A stretch of DNA of 64,000 nt from Octopus vulgaris (taxonomy: Eukaryota). Made by a program: the position numbers and the translations under genes. The stretch spans positions 85,684,001 to 85,748,000 of the forward strand of contig OX597820.1 in NCBI GenBank assembly GCA_951406725.2, given 5' to 3'. This document shows, one piece after another, positions 1 through 16,790 of the stretch; within the stretch, counting starts at the first letter, position 1; each line of letters opens with the position of its first letter. The notes beneath the pieces are model-generated. The model made no database searches, had not been told where the DNA came from, and saw only the letters and a list, made by a program, of their open reading frames with translations.

Positions 1-561
1 TTGATTATGCCTCCGTAAAAGAACATGAAATCTAATCTAATACTTCCAGTTAATTCTGATTTCTTCCTAGCCCTTGCTTGCACTAGCGAAATGTTTTGAT
101 ATAAGTTTGTTTATATTCAAGTAGCTGTTTAGATTCAAGTATCTATATTTTAATTATTTTCGTTTTTCAATGTCTGTATTCTTATACTTTTCATATACGG
201 TTCAAGCTTTTGCTGATGCTTTTCTCATTGTAGTTTTTTCGTATAGATTCTTTTGTATATGTTATTTTTCACTTTCTTCGATGTCTGCTTATTTGAATAT
301 TCATATAAGTACTTCGACAAGGAGGTTAACACTCATATACATTTTGATGACGATCGATTAAACTCTGAACAGGTTAAATAGAATTACAGACGTCGAAACT
401 TTAAAATTAATCTTTTTGTATTTTAAACAAATATAGTTGGAATAGACACACAAACACACACAGATATACACGAATACAGTTATTTGGATATATCTATACA
501 TGTAAATGCCTCTTTCTCTTTCGCTCTAGATATATGCATACATATATTTGTATACATATAT

Positions 562-674
562 GTACGTACGTACGTACGTACGTATGTATGTATGTATGTA
601 TGTATGTATGTATGTATGTATGTATGTATGTATGTATGTATGTATGTGTGCATGTATGTATGTATGTATGTATG
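562..674. repeat. (TACG)n/(TATG)n tetranucleotide microsatellite
   Basis: Directly visible tandem array; explains the low-complexity ORFs at 480-725. Confidence 0.97.
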
Positions 675-759
675 AAATAATACATAAAATTCCATCCAAA
701 AAATTAAGGCATTTTTAAAAATCAAAAATTATCAGCTACATTACGTCTTAGATATCTAC

Positions 760-1330
760 CCAAAGTAGCCGCCCTCACCTTCCAGCACTACCTTCAGGCG
801 TCCCAGGAACTGGCGCATGAGTTCCTCGCTGTGTCACTGGGAAGATCTTCGAACACCTGTTTGATCCTGGCTACCTGTTCGGCGTTGACTTTGCAAGCAG
901 AACGGTTGCTGTCTTTCTGAACTGTATGCCACCCATAGAAGTCCATAACATTAAAATCGGAGGAATTAGGATGACAGAGATTGGGGCTGTTGAACTTGTA
1001 TAAAATCTCCGACAATTACATCTAAATCTTTACGAAGGTATGGCAAAGAGCTGAAAATTGTAGCCATGCATCTGTCATTCCAGCAGCAATGAACTCCAGT
1101 CGGTAGTTGAACACATTCTCCACAATAGACGTCTGATTTGAGCCTAAGGCTATGTTCAAAGATTTGGGGACGAGTGCCTGATGTGTCTCTACTTACTGGC
1201 CGCGGCTGTGTAATCTCTGTTGCAGCATTTACAATGTTCACAGTGCATTGAGAAGCAGCTAGAATGTCAGCGGTTTGAGACCCAACACAAATCATCACGA
1301 CACAGATGAATCTTTGCACGTATTCAGAAG
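760..1330 (-). mobile_element. Degenerate Tc1/mariner-superfamily transposase remnant (maT/DD37D-like)
   Basis: Minus strand reads HPNSSDFNVMDFYGW (cf. WPPNSPDLNPMDYYVW), followed after a frameshift by GRLKVVLEGEGGYF (typical C-terminus). Upstream WLQFSALCHT resembles WQQDSAPCHT. Stops and frameshifts present. Confidence 0.8.
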
Positions 1331-1483
1331 CTGCGAGTCCTCCAAGTTCGCAAACTTTCTCTCGACAACAACTTTAATCTTCAAGGTCTTCAACGCCGTC
1401 TTCAAGCTTTTTCTGCTCTTGAAGCTCTTCTTGAAAAAAGAGACATATATAATCTTCAAATTTAGCCCGAAGGCCCAGTGTGC

Positions 1484-1487
<4 letters not shown>

Positions 1488-1572
<85 letters not shown>

Positions 1573-1604
1573 TGTGTGCGTGAGTGTGTGTGAGTGTGTG
1601 TGTG
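1488..1604. repeat. (TG)n microsatellite
   Basis: Directly visible. Confidence 0.97.
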
Positions 1605-2156
1605 CATATTATGAATGCATGCATTTTAGTGTTCAAAGAATGAGTGCTGAAAACACAACTATATTAAAAAGGCGTAGAACCTTTTAGGGTTGTATCTTGG
1701 TAAACCATTTTATATATTCGATTTTAAGAAGATTTTCGTAAATTAACGTCAGTCAGTTATACCCTACATTGAGTCTCAGCAAAGAACCTCATTTTGTTTC
1801 TTTTTCCAGATACACAGGTGATTCCTGACTACTAATGTCAACCGCAAGAAATATTTAGGTATGTGTAAAAAATCGGATTTACAACACGCAATGAGATATA
1901 AGTCAGGAAGTTGTTCGATTCGAAGCTGAGGATGAGATGTTTTATTTATATGTTGCGTTATATCCGCATAACATACCCGTAGATGTTTCTGTATTATTGC
2001 ACTTAATTCTAGTAATTGCAACATTTAGTGCGTGAGTGTGTAAAGGAACATTATGAGTATTTTTGTAATTCTATATATGTGAGCATTTTATAGAAGGAGT
2101 GTGTGTGTTTAATATAGCAGCTGGAATACTTACCTACACAAACATAAACGCACACA

Positions 2157-2582
2157 AAGGCGGTGAGCTGGCAGAAACGTTAGCACGCCGGGCGAAATGC
2201 TTAACAGTATTTCGTCAGCCGCTACATTCTGAGTTCAAATTCCGCTGAGGTCGACTTTGCCTTTCATCCTTTCGGGTTCGATAAATTAAGTACCAGTTAC
2301 ATACTGGGGTCGATATAATCGACTTAATCCGTTTGTCTGTCCTTATTTGTCCCTTCTGTGTTTAGCCCCTTGTGGGTAGTAAAGAACTAGGCCTTTCATC
2401 GGCCGCTACGTTCTGAGTTCAAATTCCGCTGAGGTCGACTGTTCCTTTCATCCTTTCGGGATCGATAAATTAAGTACCACTTATGCACTGGGGTCGATGT
2501 AATCGATTTAATCCCTTTGTCTGTCCTTGTTTATCCTCTCTATGTCTGGCCCCTTGTGGGCAATAAAAAAATAAGAAATAAG
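2157..2582 (+). mobile_element. Dimeric tRNA-derived SINE (family A, Meta-domain-like core) with TSD
   Basis: Head GGCGGTGAGCTGGCAGAA, B-box-like GAGTTCAAATTCC, core GTCGACTTTGCCTTTCATCCTTTCGGG..CGATAAATTAAGTACC present twice. Flanking duplication AAACATAAACGCAC at 2140-2153 and 2583-2596. Confidence 0.9.
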
Positions 2583-3344
2583 AAACATAAACGCACGTAC
2601 ACACACATATATATACACATGTGTGCGTGAGTGGAAAGAAAAAGACTGGAAGAGAAAAACTCAGCATCCTACTGTCTCTGATGTTCCGTTGGTTCAAAGG
2701 TTCGACGGATGAGAGAGTTTACATATTTGCTTGCAACAACATATGTACCTCAAACAACTAGTGAAAGTGATGTGAAAGCTAACTGGTTGTAATCGCTTGC
2801 GAGTGACGGCTAAACTATGTTTTTCTGAGTCCCTGAATGTATAAGCTTGCGTGTGTTTGTGTATGAGCCTAAATGTATGTCTCTATAAGTGTATGAGTTT
2901 GTGCATATTCTCTCTATAGTATAATCAGCACTCTGTAAGTAGGTAGAATCTGTTTGTATGAGCGAGTGACTCTATTACCTAGAACTAAAGTAATTAGTAT
3001 AAACACACTTATTCAACCGAGAAGTTCAATATTAGAAACTTGAAGTTAAATGAGCCGAAAGAATGGCCTGATTGGTAAACAAGATAATTTACGACAAGAT
3101 TCAAAATTCTGAACCAGAATTCTATGTTGTGAAAATACACTAACCACATCATTCGGAAATACGAACCGTATATAAATGCAGCCTGATTTCAAATTTACTG
3201 TCGGTCATTTAAAATATATATCAAGTAGAAGTAGTTATTTTTCTATTTAGGTCGTATATATGGTCAAACATAAAGCAATTATCTGCAGAAAACGATGTAA
3301 CCAGATGCAACAAAAGTTGATAACTACCTAGAACGAGACAAAGT

Positions 3345-3382
<38 letters not shown>

Positions 3383-3849
3383 AATGCATGCATGCATACA
3401 TATATACATAACAATATTACCAGTAATAGAGCTCCAGATATTGTTGGATGGAAAATAAAAGTTAGTTGATATTCTCAATGTAAGCAGATTAAAGGTTGCA
3501 AAAGATAAAGAGTTAATCTCGAGACAGCTCATCGAAATAGAAATAGAACCCAAATTGAAGTGGAATACGAAGTGGTGACTTTAAATTTAGGATATTCAAT
3601 TATTAGCCAAGAACAATTTTGTGTGTCATTCAACTGAAACTTCGAGAACTAGTATTCTGCATACAGAGGTGAAATCACCGTCTTTCTATCAGGTAGTTCA
3701 CATATCAACGTATATGAAAAATAGAATGGAAAAACAGAAGAGGTTAACAAAACTATGCATCCGAAATTTGTGACACGGATATTTAAATGCATGCCAAGCC
3801 ATTTCTCTAACTGCTCTTTTAACGTCCAGGAGATTTTGCCCGTCGTCCC

Positions 3850-4480
3850 AACAAACAAACACGGGAATCCACCATAGCTTAAAGCCTGGTGGGTTTGCAG
3901 GTACCGTAACTCGTACCGCCCTCCTTCCCATGTACGTTGGAGAGAGGGTAATTTCCTCGGTGCGTCGCGTGGTCACCGAGTTCTGTGGCGCCTGCTCCTC
4001 GCTCTGGAAAAGGACCTTTACTCCACCGTAGTGCCTTGTTCTCTCAATGTGGTAAATATCTTGCCATATGTCTTTCAAGCTTCTTTTTTTCCACCCGGTC
4101 ACGTTTAGCACTTTTGAGCTTCCTTGTGTTTGTGTTTACACACCTGTAGACTACTGGTCGTTTCGCTGTTGTTTGAGGCGTCAATTCTGCCCATATTCCA
4201 TTCTTTTTGTTAGATTCTTCGCAGCCGCTATTCTCAATGTTGTTCTTCGAACTACAACAATTTCCATGTAGTAAGGAAGACTTTACTTCTTCCTTCCTCT
4301 CGCCTTCTTTCTGCTTTTCCTCTCCTTTCTTCTATTCTTGACTCTTCACTTCTTCTTCATCCTGATTTCCTTCCTGCTGTCTGGTGCCAACCATGGCGGC
4401 GAGGACGGGGAACTCCTCTTGCAAATTGCCGTACTACCTTCCTTCTTCACTCCCGCCATTCGTCGCCATCATCAATGTTT
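3850..4480 (-). mobile_element. Probable L1/Tx1-type LINE ORF1 remnant
   Basis: GC-richer island; minus-strand ORF 3698-4111 (TYMGRRAVRVTVP) preceded by an acidic/basic low-complexity N-terminus with stops. Family assignment is inference from resemblance to ORF1-like proteins. Confidence 0.45.
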
Positions 4481-4714
4481 ACTTTCTTCGAATCAAATTT
4501 TCGGAGAAATTTGAATATAAAAAAAATTGTATCTTCCGCAAAATTATTTGGTTAACAAATGCCAGCCCTGTAAAAGGGCAGCTGGCTTGCAAAACGTTTT
4601 AACCAATAAAATACAGTATAGAATATTTTAAAAGAAGTGAATTAAACATAAAATTACAGCACACCAAAAACATACCTCGTGCTCTGGCGATTATTATAAT
4701 AATGATAATGATCA

Positions 4715-4970
4715 CAAGTGATCATAATATCTCGGCAATAGAATTTGATAAGCTCAGAAAATATAAAGATTTATTCATTGAAATCGAAAAATGTAGCATC
4801 TCATGACAGTTAAAATACCAGTGGTTGTAAGGTCACTTAGAATGATCAAAAATAGAACTGAAAATTATTTGAGGAGGATCCCTGTCTTATCCTCCCTTCA
4901 TACAGGAAGTGCAAAAGAATTCCTTGAGTGGTATGTCATGCGTATTGAGAAGAGTATTGTCGCTATGAAT
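4715..4970 (+). mobile_element. Dong/R4-type LINE 3' fragment (restriction-like endonuclease end)
   Basis: Reads EFDKLRKYKDLFIEIEKM*HLMTVKIPVVVRSL, matching the KLSKYKDL.IE...PVVVGAL RLE motif seen in the other copies. Confidence 0.8.
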
Positions 4971-5239
4971 TTTCTCTCCCTTTCCCCTTTTATTTTTTTG
5001 TTTTCTTTTTATTTTCATTTTCTCTTTTTCCCTTCTTTCCTCTGTCTTTCTTCACCTTTTTTGTATCACATGAAAATCAAAGTTTCATTTCAACCTTTCA
5101 AATCATTTCTCCTGAATGTGTTAGTCTTTTCGTTCCCTTCTATTGCCCATTCATCTTTTTAACTTTCCACTTTTCAATCTCTGCTTAAATTCTTTTGGGC
5201 GTGACATATTTTCATTAGGTATTGTTTTGTTATTTTTAA

Positions 5240-5640
5240 TCGAAACAACCAAATGTTCAATCAGTTGTTTAACGTACCTCCCAGACTGTCTTCTTTATTG
5301 GCAACTCATATAATCCTTCGTTTGAGCACCCCTTGTTTATAGACATACGAAGTATCGACATAGCTTTTAGTGTGCAGTTACTTGTTCATAGTCATCACTT
5401 TTCTGGTTTTTCTACCCACTTCTTCAAGCTCATTCTTTGGCCATCTAACAGCACATGTGCCATCTCCCTTAAAAAAGACTTACCATGTGTTCATAACCCA
5501 GGGCTTATTCTTTCTATTGAGATTACTCTTCATAACTGACTTGGTTCTCCTCACGTATTCTCACTAAAGCTTTCCTTCATCTCTCTTTGATTTTGTCGTA
5601 CTTCAAAATGGACTGATACTTGTATCCATCATTGAAAGTC
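5240..5640 (-). mobile_element. Dong/R4-type LINE RT C-terminal fragment
   Basis: Minus strand reads DGYKY..ILKYDKIK / YVRRTKSVMKSNLNRKNK..MNTW / WPKNELEEVGRKTRKVMTMNK*LHTKSYVD. Confidence 0.8.
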
Positions 5641-6112
5641 CTTATGTGTGGCCATCAAGAAGAGGGATTCCGCACAATAAAAGGAAAAGCCGACCTTAGA
5701 TAGTAGGATACGTTGCAATTACTAAACTGTCTACGGCTTAGTATGACATACTTGGAAATTTATTGCTTTGATCGATCTGCCTGGCTTAATATATGTCATG
5801 GTACATCAAAAGAATTTCAGTTGAAGCGACATAACACTAAAAGAATCATATTCTGCAATTAAAAGATATATTTGTCAAATACTAGGCAAAATCAAAATAT
5901 TCAGTGTCCCCATTTTGACTTTATAGCAAAATTCACGCATCCATCGCAAATAAATGCAATTTCTCCTAATGAATATTTTTTTCCTCTCTTTCAAACTGAT
6001 AAATCTAAATTGACGGGAGTGACCACAACTAGCAACAACAACCTCTCATCTTTCGATTATTTAAAAGGAAACTTGTTACATTTTTTGCTAAGGTCATTTA
6101 AAGTCAATACTC

Positions 6113-6305
6113 CTTCTTCTTCTTCTTCTTCTTCTTCTTCTTCTTCTTCTTCTTCTTCTTCTTCTTCTTCTTCTTCTTCTTCTTCTTCTTCTTCTTCTTC
6201 TTCTTCATCTTCTTCTTCATCTTCTTCTTCTTCATCTTCTTCTTCATCTTCTTCTCTCATCTTCTTCTTCATCTTCTTCTTCATCTTCTTCTTCTTTTTC
6301 TTCTT
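6113..6305. repeat. (TTC)n microsatellite
   Basis: Directly visible. Confidence 0.97.
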
Positions 6306-6310
6306 CCCCA

Positions 6311-6356
6311 AGACACCTGACGAAGGCTGGAGGGTACATCTGCCGAAACGTTGTGT
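6311..6356 (+). ncRNA. Penelope-type minimal type I hammerhead ribozyme motif in a pLTR fragment (about 6306-6445)
   Basis: GACAC-CTGACGA-aGGCTG..CTGCC-GAAA-CGTT-GTGTT: CUGANGA core at 6317-6323, stem II with one mismatch, GAAA at 6345-6348, palindromic AACGTT stem III, stem I GACAC/GTGTT. Confidence 0.7.
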
Positions 6357-6449
6357 TAACAACAAATCAGATGATGACAAATAGCCATCAAATTTAAATA
6401 ATGTAAATAATATACATAATTTCTCATCTCTTAAATATAGAACTGAATT

Positions 6450-7560
<1,111 letters not shown>

Positions 7561-8134
7561 TCAGCAGTATTGCGATCATCATTGTATCTCACAACAGAAA
7601 CACCACCAGGAATTTGAAGCTGAACACAACCAATTCAACTGACAAATCTAATTTAATCATCATAATAGAATAACCTTAACTTCATTTCCCTCTTCACTTC
7701 ATGCGGCATTTATATTTATATGAATGTTTACGCGTTCTTTTCTCTTTGTCTTACTCTCTGGCTACATGTGTTGCAAGCGTATTATTTTGTTATGCCTATC
7801 TGAGTCTTTATATATTCATCGCATGTGTGTCGGTGTGTCGGTATAGATTCTATTCTCCATGTATTGTCTTGGAATTTTTAACGGTTTGATTGAACATAAA
7901 TCAGTTTGTTTATTTCTGTCTGTTTTTGTTTCCAACTGAGGAATCTATAATAGAATTTGCTTCGCTATATAAGTAATTGGTGTGTAATATTTGCGTAGAT
8001 AAATACATCCACATCTATCTCTATATAATCAGCATTTTTTCTTTATTTATTTTCCTTTGCTGTATGGCTAATGTTAAACAAATAAAATGTAATGCCTCAA
8101 TAGCTATTCTTATTATTATTAATATAATTCTTGT

Positions 8135-8470
8135 TAAGGTAGCGAACTGGCAGAAATTTTAGAACGCCGTGGAAAAATGCACAACGACATTTCGCTTGCC
8201 TTTACGTTCTGAGTTCTAATTCCGTGATGGTTGATGTTACGTCTCATACTTTCTACTCGATAAAATAAGTACCAAACAACTACTGGGATCGATATCATTG
8301 AGTAGCCCCCTCTCCCTAAATTTCAGGCTTGTGCTTATAGTAGTAAGGATTGTTATTATTACTTTGGTTGTTAAGGCGGTGTAATGGCAGATTCGTTACT
8401 GCAACGCATAAAATGCTTTAGGGACTTTTCATCAGGTTTTACGATCTGAGTTAAAACTTTACTGAGTCAT
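8135..8470 (+). mobile_element. Two degraded family A SINE copies
   Basis: AAGGTAGCGAACTGGCAGAA head at about 8136 and AAGGCGGTGTAATGGCAGA at about 8372, with diverged cores. Confidence 0.75.
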
Positions 8471-8493
8471 TGCATGGTACTGCATCAGGGTAG

Positions 8494-8683
8494 TTCTTCT
8501 TCTCTTCTTCTTCTTCTTCTTCTTCTTCTTCTTCTTCTTCTTCTTCTTCTTCTTCTTCTTCTTCTTCATCGTCTTCTTCTTCTCCTTCTTCTTCGTCTCC
8601 TTCTTCTTCTTCTTCTTCTTCTTCTTCTTCTTCTTCTTCTTCTTCTTCTTCTCATTATTATCATCATTATTATTATTATTATT

Positions 8684-8715
<32 letters not shown>

Positions 8716-9016
8716 AATTGTTATTGTTGTTGTTTTTATTGTTGCTGCTGCTGCTGTTGTTGTTGATAACATCGGATGTGTCTTCCTGGTGAGTTTATTT
8801 TTAAAGCATTGTTTACACCAGTTGGTGTAAACAATGTTTTAAAATGTGGTACCCTCATCTAACTTGTATTCACGATGGGTATATTGGACTTCGTAGATTT
8901 GAACACCAGTGTCAATCTGATGACATGAGTTGCTCTTTCATCTTATAATAATAATGATAATAATAATAATAAAAATAATAATGATGACGATGATGATTAT
9001 GATGATGATGATGATG

Positions 9017-9102
<86 letters not shown>

Positions 9103-9149
9103 TATAATAATAATAATAATGATAATAATAATAATGATAATAATAATAA
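8494..9149. repeat. Compound (TTC)/(TTA)/(TCA)/(TTG) and (TAA)/(TGA) arrays
   Basis: Directly visible at 8494-8765 and 8945-9149. Confidence 0.95.
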
Positions 9150-9920
9150 TCGGCCTACAAAGAGTAAAGAACTGGCATGAGAAAACCCTAGAAGGAGTTA
9201 CCGACAATGAGAATTGCAAAATCTTGTGATGAATAAAAAAGAAAGAACATGTATGATAACTGACAAAGCAAGACCCGGTGACAACAGGATCAATGTGATA
9301 AAAGAGTAAATATACAACTATGACTATTTGAAGTGGTAAATACGAAGTTTGTAGAGACTAGATGAAAGCCCAATAGAAATTGGTGCTCCTTGGACTTATC
9401 ATCAGTCAACTGTCAACACGGCTGAAAAAAATCGGTGCAAATATGAAGGTAGAACACCTACAATAATTAGCATTGCTTAAGGCGGCGATCTGGTAGAAAC
9501 GTTTTCACGCCGGGCGAAATGCTTTGCGGTATTTCGTCTACTGCTACGTTCTGAGTTCAAATTCCGCCGAGGTCGACTTTGCCTTTTATCCTTTCGGGGT
9601 CGATTATATAAGTACTAGTTACGCACTGGAGTCGATGTAATCGACTTAATCCGTCTGTCTGTCCTTGTTTGTCCTCGCTGTCTTTAGTCCCCTGTGGATA
9701 GTAAAAAATAGGTATTTCGTCCGTCTTTACGTTCTGAGTTCAAATTCTGCCGAGGTCTACTTTGCCTTTCATTCTTTGTGGGGCGATAAATTAAGTACCA
9801 GTTGCGTACTGTGGTTGATCTAATCGACCGACCCCCGCACTAAACATTTCGGGCCTTGTGCTTAGAGTAGAAAAACAAAGTATCAGCATTGCTTGGAACT
9901 ACAATTCTTCGCATGACACA
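9150..9920 (+). mobile_element. Dong/R4 LINE 3' fragment interrupted by a SINE
   Basis: NWHEKTLEGVTDNENCKIL* and later ALL|GTT..LR across the SINE; begins directly after (TAA)n. Confidence 0.75.
9479..9884 (+). mobile_element. Dimeric family A SINE with TSD
   Basis: Two core units; AGCATTGCTT duplicated at 9469-9478 and 9885-9894. Confidence 0.9.
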
Positions 9921-9959
9921 TGACCCCCAACATCTCCTGCTTTTGAACAGCTGACATGA

Positions 9960-12659
<2,700 letters not shown>

Positions 12660-12880
12660 TACAGACGAAATGATGGGTATTAACGATAATATATTGTTGT
12701 GGGCTTGGCTTGAGCGAGATGATTTGAAGCGTACCATCAAAAGCCTGATCATTGCTGCACAAGACTAGGCTCTCGGTACCAAGTCAGTGAAGTATAACAT
12801 CTATAAAACTTCTGGTAGCTAGAAATGCAGACTCTATGGAAAAAGTGAGGAAATGTGACCCTCTTGGTATGTGGATGTGT
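12660..12880 (+). mobile_element. Short Dong/R4 LINE fragment
   Basis: WAWLERDDLKRT..SLIIAAQD*ALGT, then CRLYG..EE.VT, resembling the pre-RLE Zn-knuckle region. Confidence 0.7.
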
Positions 12881-13104
12881 TACCAGCATCCTTTGATAGG
12901 CGGATTATGTATGCCGGGGAACCTAATGCGCAAACATGCCCTTAGGATACGCCACCTGTAACGATTTCAGGACGGTGAGCGTATGTGGGCTCCGTTGGTG
13001 AGGCTTGTCTTCCTGCAGCTCGTCTTCTTGACGCGCTGCAGTCCTGGGTGAAGAATATGCAGAGAAAGTCAAACATTCACGCCTAATTCTAGTAAACCCA
13101 ATAC

Positions 13105-14030
13105 AATATGTGTCAGAATTCCATTAGTGATTAACTGGCACCGAATATTCGTTGCCATTTTAAAAGTGTTGCATGAAAGTTACCAGTATGTTGCGGGAAA
13201 TATCTTCGTTTCAAACATACATTTCCTCAGTCGCCAATTGTAGCCTTCAAGCGAATTCCATAACAGAATCATAACAGAAATGTTATGATTTATACAGAAG
13301 GTGGGATATGTAGACATTCCCATTTGGTGTACCCGTCAGAATGCACGAACTACAACTTGACTTATGTTGGCTTGTACTACAGAACAATTAAACAAAAGAT
13401 TTAATATAACTAAATGTTGAAGTGAATCGAACGGCTTTTGTGTGTTTCTTAAATGGCTTACAAACACCTTCCACGCTGCAATTGTTTTCGTTTCAGTACA
13501 CGATCTCAGATCAAATCACTTGCTATGCAAGTACATCTCCGTAAAAATAACAGTAGTTCAACAGAACTTGCGAAATTTTGCTTCAAACAGCTGCAATATT
13601 GAAAAAGACTTGAAAGTGTATATTCTCAGAGAATATTCTGAATCTGCTTCACTTTCACTTGTCAAAATGCTTGAGGAGAAATACGCTTGCGGGTTATTAA
13701 AATCACGCCCTGGAGGAATGAATAAAATGACAAGAGAATATCATTAAATTTATACAAACCTGTTTGATTAAATATTCTTCTTCCTCCTTTTCTCTTTTTT
13801 CTATCTTTTTCCCTCTTTTTTTCTATCATTTTCTTTTCGCCTGTTATAAGATTGAAACTTAAAGACTAATAATGTCATTCCATCAACGTATGGACGCTGG
13901 TTGCTCTCGTCCATACTTTAGATCCGAATTTTTATAATTTTGAATTTTTGTCACTTTTTGTTTTGAACTCGACAAAGACAGGCTTGCTGTCGAAATATTG
14001 TTCAGCAAATAAAATTATCTATTGCAATCA
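13105..14030 (+). mobile_element. Penelope-like element 3' fragment (GIY-YIG remnant + 3' tail), same family as 40.1-43.1 kb
   Basis: Nucleotide-level similarity to 42255-43070, e.g. ATCATAACAGAAATGTTATGATTTATACAGAAGGTGG, TTGCGGGTTATT..ATCACGC.CTGGAGGAATGA and CATCAACGT.TGGACGCTGGTTG. Confidence 0.88.
13964..14004 (+). ncRNA. Hammerhead-like motif with variant core at the Penelope 3' end
   Basis: TGAAC-TCGACAAA-GACAG(gcttg)CTGTC-GAAA-TATT-GTTCA: stems I and II perfect, but the core deviates from CUGANGA. Confidence 0.5.
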
Positions 14031-14124
14031 CATCGCGCTATTCGTCTTGTCTGTTTACCTTTGTAAAGAGTTACGTCAATCCTGTGATAAAAAATAAAAT
14101 AATTTAATGTTAAAATAATAATAT

Positions 14125-14335
14125 GCGGTGAGCTGACAGATTCGTTAGTACGCCGGGCAGAATACTTGGCGGTATTTCGCTGGTCTTTATTTTCTGAGTT
14201 CAAATTACGCCGTGGTCGACTTTACATTCCATCCTTTTGGGGTTAATAAATTAAGTACCAGTCATGTACAGGTGTCGATGTAATCGAATATGCCCCTTCC
14301 TTAAATTTCACTCCTTGTCTCTAAAGGATTATTAT
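14125..14335 (+). mobile_element. Family A SINE
   Basis: GCGGTGAGCTGACAGA head, GAGTTCAAATT, GTCGACTTT core. Confidence 0.85.
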
Positions 14336-14399
14336 GTTCCCATTAATTTGCATTTTATTTCATTATCAGGCGAGTCTCAACCAGAGACATAACACATGT

Positions 14400-14740
14400 A
14401 TATATTACATGGAAAGAAACTTTCTGAGAAAGTAAGCGGTTGATTTCAACATAATTTTTTCAGTCTCATAAATAGTTCGTTTACGAGGGAACTGGTTAAA
14501 AAATTTGTCACCACCTTTCTTGATTATTCCTAGGACTCCTACAGCAACAGGGATGGTTTTGGTTTTAATTTCTACATTCAAGATATCTCGATCTCATAAT
14601 TCGACACTTTTCAAATGCTTCTGTTGAGATATTTCTATCAGAGAACACTGTCATATCAATTAACAGTTATGTTTTGTAACTTATGTCTTTGATGATGTCT
14701 GGTCTGTTACCCTTTATTTTCTTGTCTGTATGCATCTCAT
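14400..14740 (-). mobile_element. Dong/R4 LINE RLE fragment
   Basis: Minus strand reads HTDKKIKGNRPDIIKD ... KTKTIPVAVGVLGII. Confidence 0.75.
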
Positions 14741-14822
14741 TATTTCATAGCTTATTATTATTGTTGTTTTTGTTGTTGTTGTTATTATTATTGTTATTAT
14801 TATTATTATTAGTATTATTATT

Positions 14823-15870
14823 TTATGTTTGACTTTTGCTTTACAAGTTGCCTGCAAGTCTCCCCCAGAGACCTCAAGAGACAACAAGCTGGAAGTTCAT
14901 GCTGTTGTTATGCATATGGTGCCATATATTTGGTTTTGTACATAGTGTTGTTCTAGAGAACGTTTAAGAAACCATAAGAAAATTATGTTTGTTTTAAAAA
15001 TTGATATTACATAGAAAGTATTTTGCATAGGATATAGGCAGTTCCTGTGATCACTATCTTTTGAATTTCTGCCATCATAGCAATAAGTCCACTTTGCTAT
15101 CATTCCCATGGTACCTATGACAATAGATATTGTTTTAGCCTTCAGGTTCCACATTTTGCTAATTTCTATTTCAAGATCGTTATACTTGCTCAGTTTTTGG
15201 TAGGTCTTGACAGATACGTTTATATCGCTTGGGACAGTCATCAATGAGGAGGCATGATGTTTGTCTGAAGTCTTTCAATATGATGTCTGGCCTATTTGCA
15301 TCTATCTTTCTGTCAATTTGAATGGTGAAGTTCCAGAGGAATGAGATGTGATCCTTTTCAAGCACTGGGGGTGGTTTCTGTTCCCACCAGTTTTTATCAT
15401 GGGGCAAGTCTATGATAAAATTTTGCATGATAACATTTTGCAAATTACCCAGTGAATATATTGTGCAGCTCTATCATACCTGTTGGGGTATTCTGTAGGC
15501 GCAAGAAAACTGCACTTGGAGACAACATAATCAATAGCTTCAATTTATTGTTGATATACACAACATGTTGGAAAGCTCCCGTTTTTAATATGTTGGCCTG
15601 GTTGTTCCTTATAGGTAGGCATTGATCTTTGGCTGCTATGATAAACCCTTCTGTTTCAGATTTTAAGCCATTGATGTGTAAGGGCTTTCTCAAAATCGGC
15701 ATTTTTCGCTCTCTTTGGGTATTTGCCATTGAGAGGTTTTTCTTCCCATTTAACAGTCAGAATATTTAAGGCAGCAGTTTTAGCACGGGTTTTCATGCGC
15801 TTAGCTTTTTCTGCGCATGTTTCTCGTATATCTATTTCTGGAATTTGTTGTATTTGGAATTCACTTAGAT
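14823..15870 (-). mobile_element. Dong/R4 LINE 3' portion, same subfamily as 9960-12507 in opposite orientation
   Basis: GLKSETEGFIIAAKDQCLP, WNFTIQIDRKIDANRPDIILKD, KLSKYNDLEIEISKMW; 3' UTR matches 12300-12507 and ends in TAA repeats. Confidence 0.92.
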
Positions 15871-15959
15871 ATTCATTTGATTGTTTTGTTAATTAGTATG
15901 ATGCTTTCTTGTTTTCCACGGCTTTTGTTGGAGATCCTGAAGTCATATATACGTAGTGG

Positions 15960-16586
<627 letters not shown>

Positions 16587-16587
16587 T

Positions 16588-16790
16588 AAGCGAGCTGGCA
16601 GAACCCTTCGTTCTTCGGCTACAACGCTTATTGACATTTCTTTTGGACCTTTACAGTCTGAGTTGAAAGCAAACCGGTGTCAACTGTGCCTGTTATTAGT
16701 TCTGGATCGATAAAATAAATATGAGTAAAGTACTGGGACTATCGTGATCAAGGAAGCCACTACTAAAATTGCTGTTCTTACGACATTTGA
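16588..16790 (+). mobile_element. Degraded family A SINE
   Basis: GCGAGCTGGCAGAA head with a diverged core. Confidence 0.65.
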
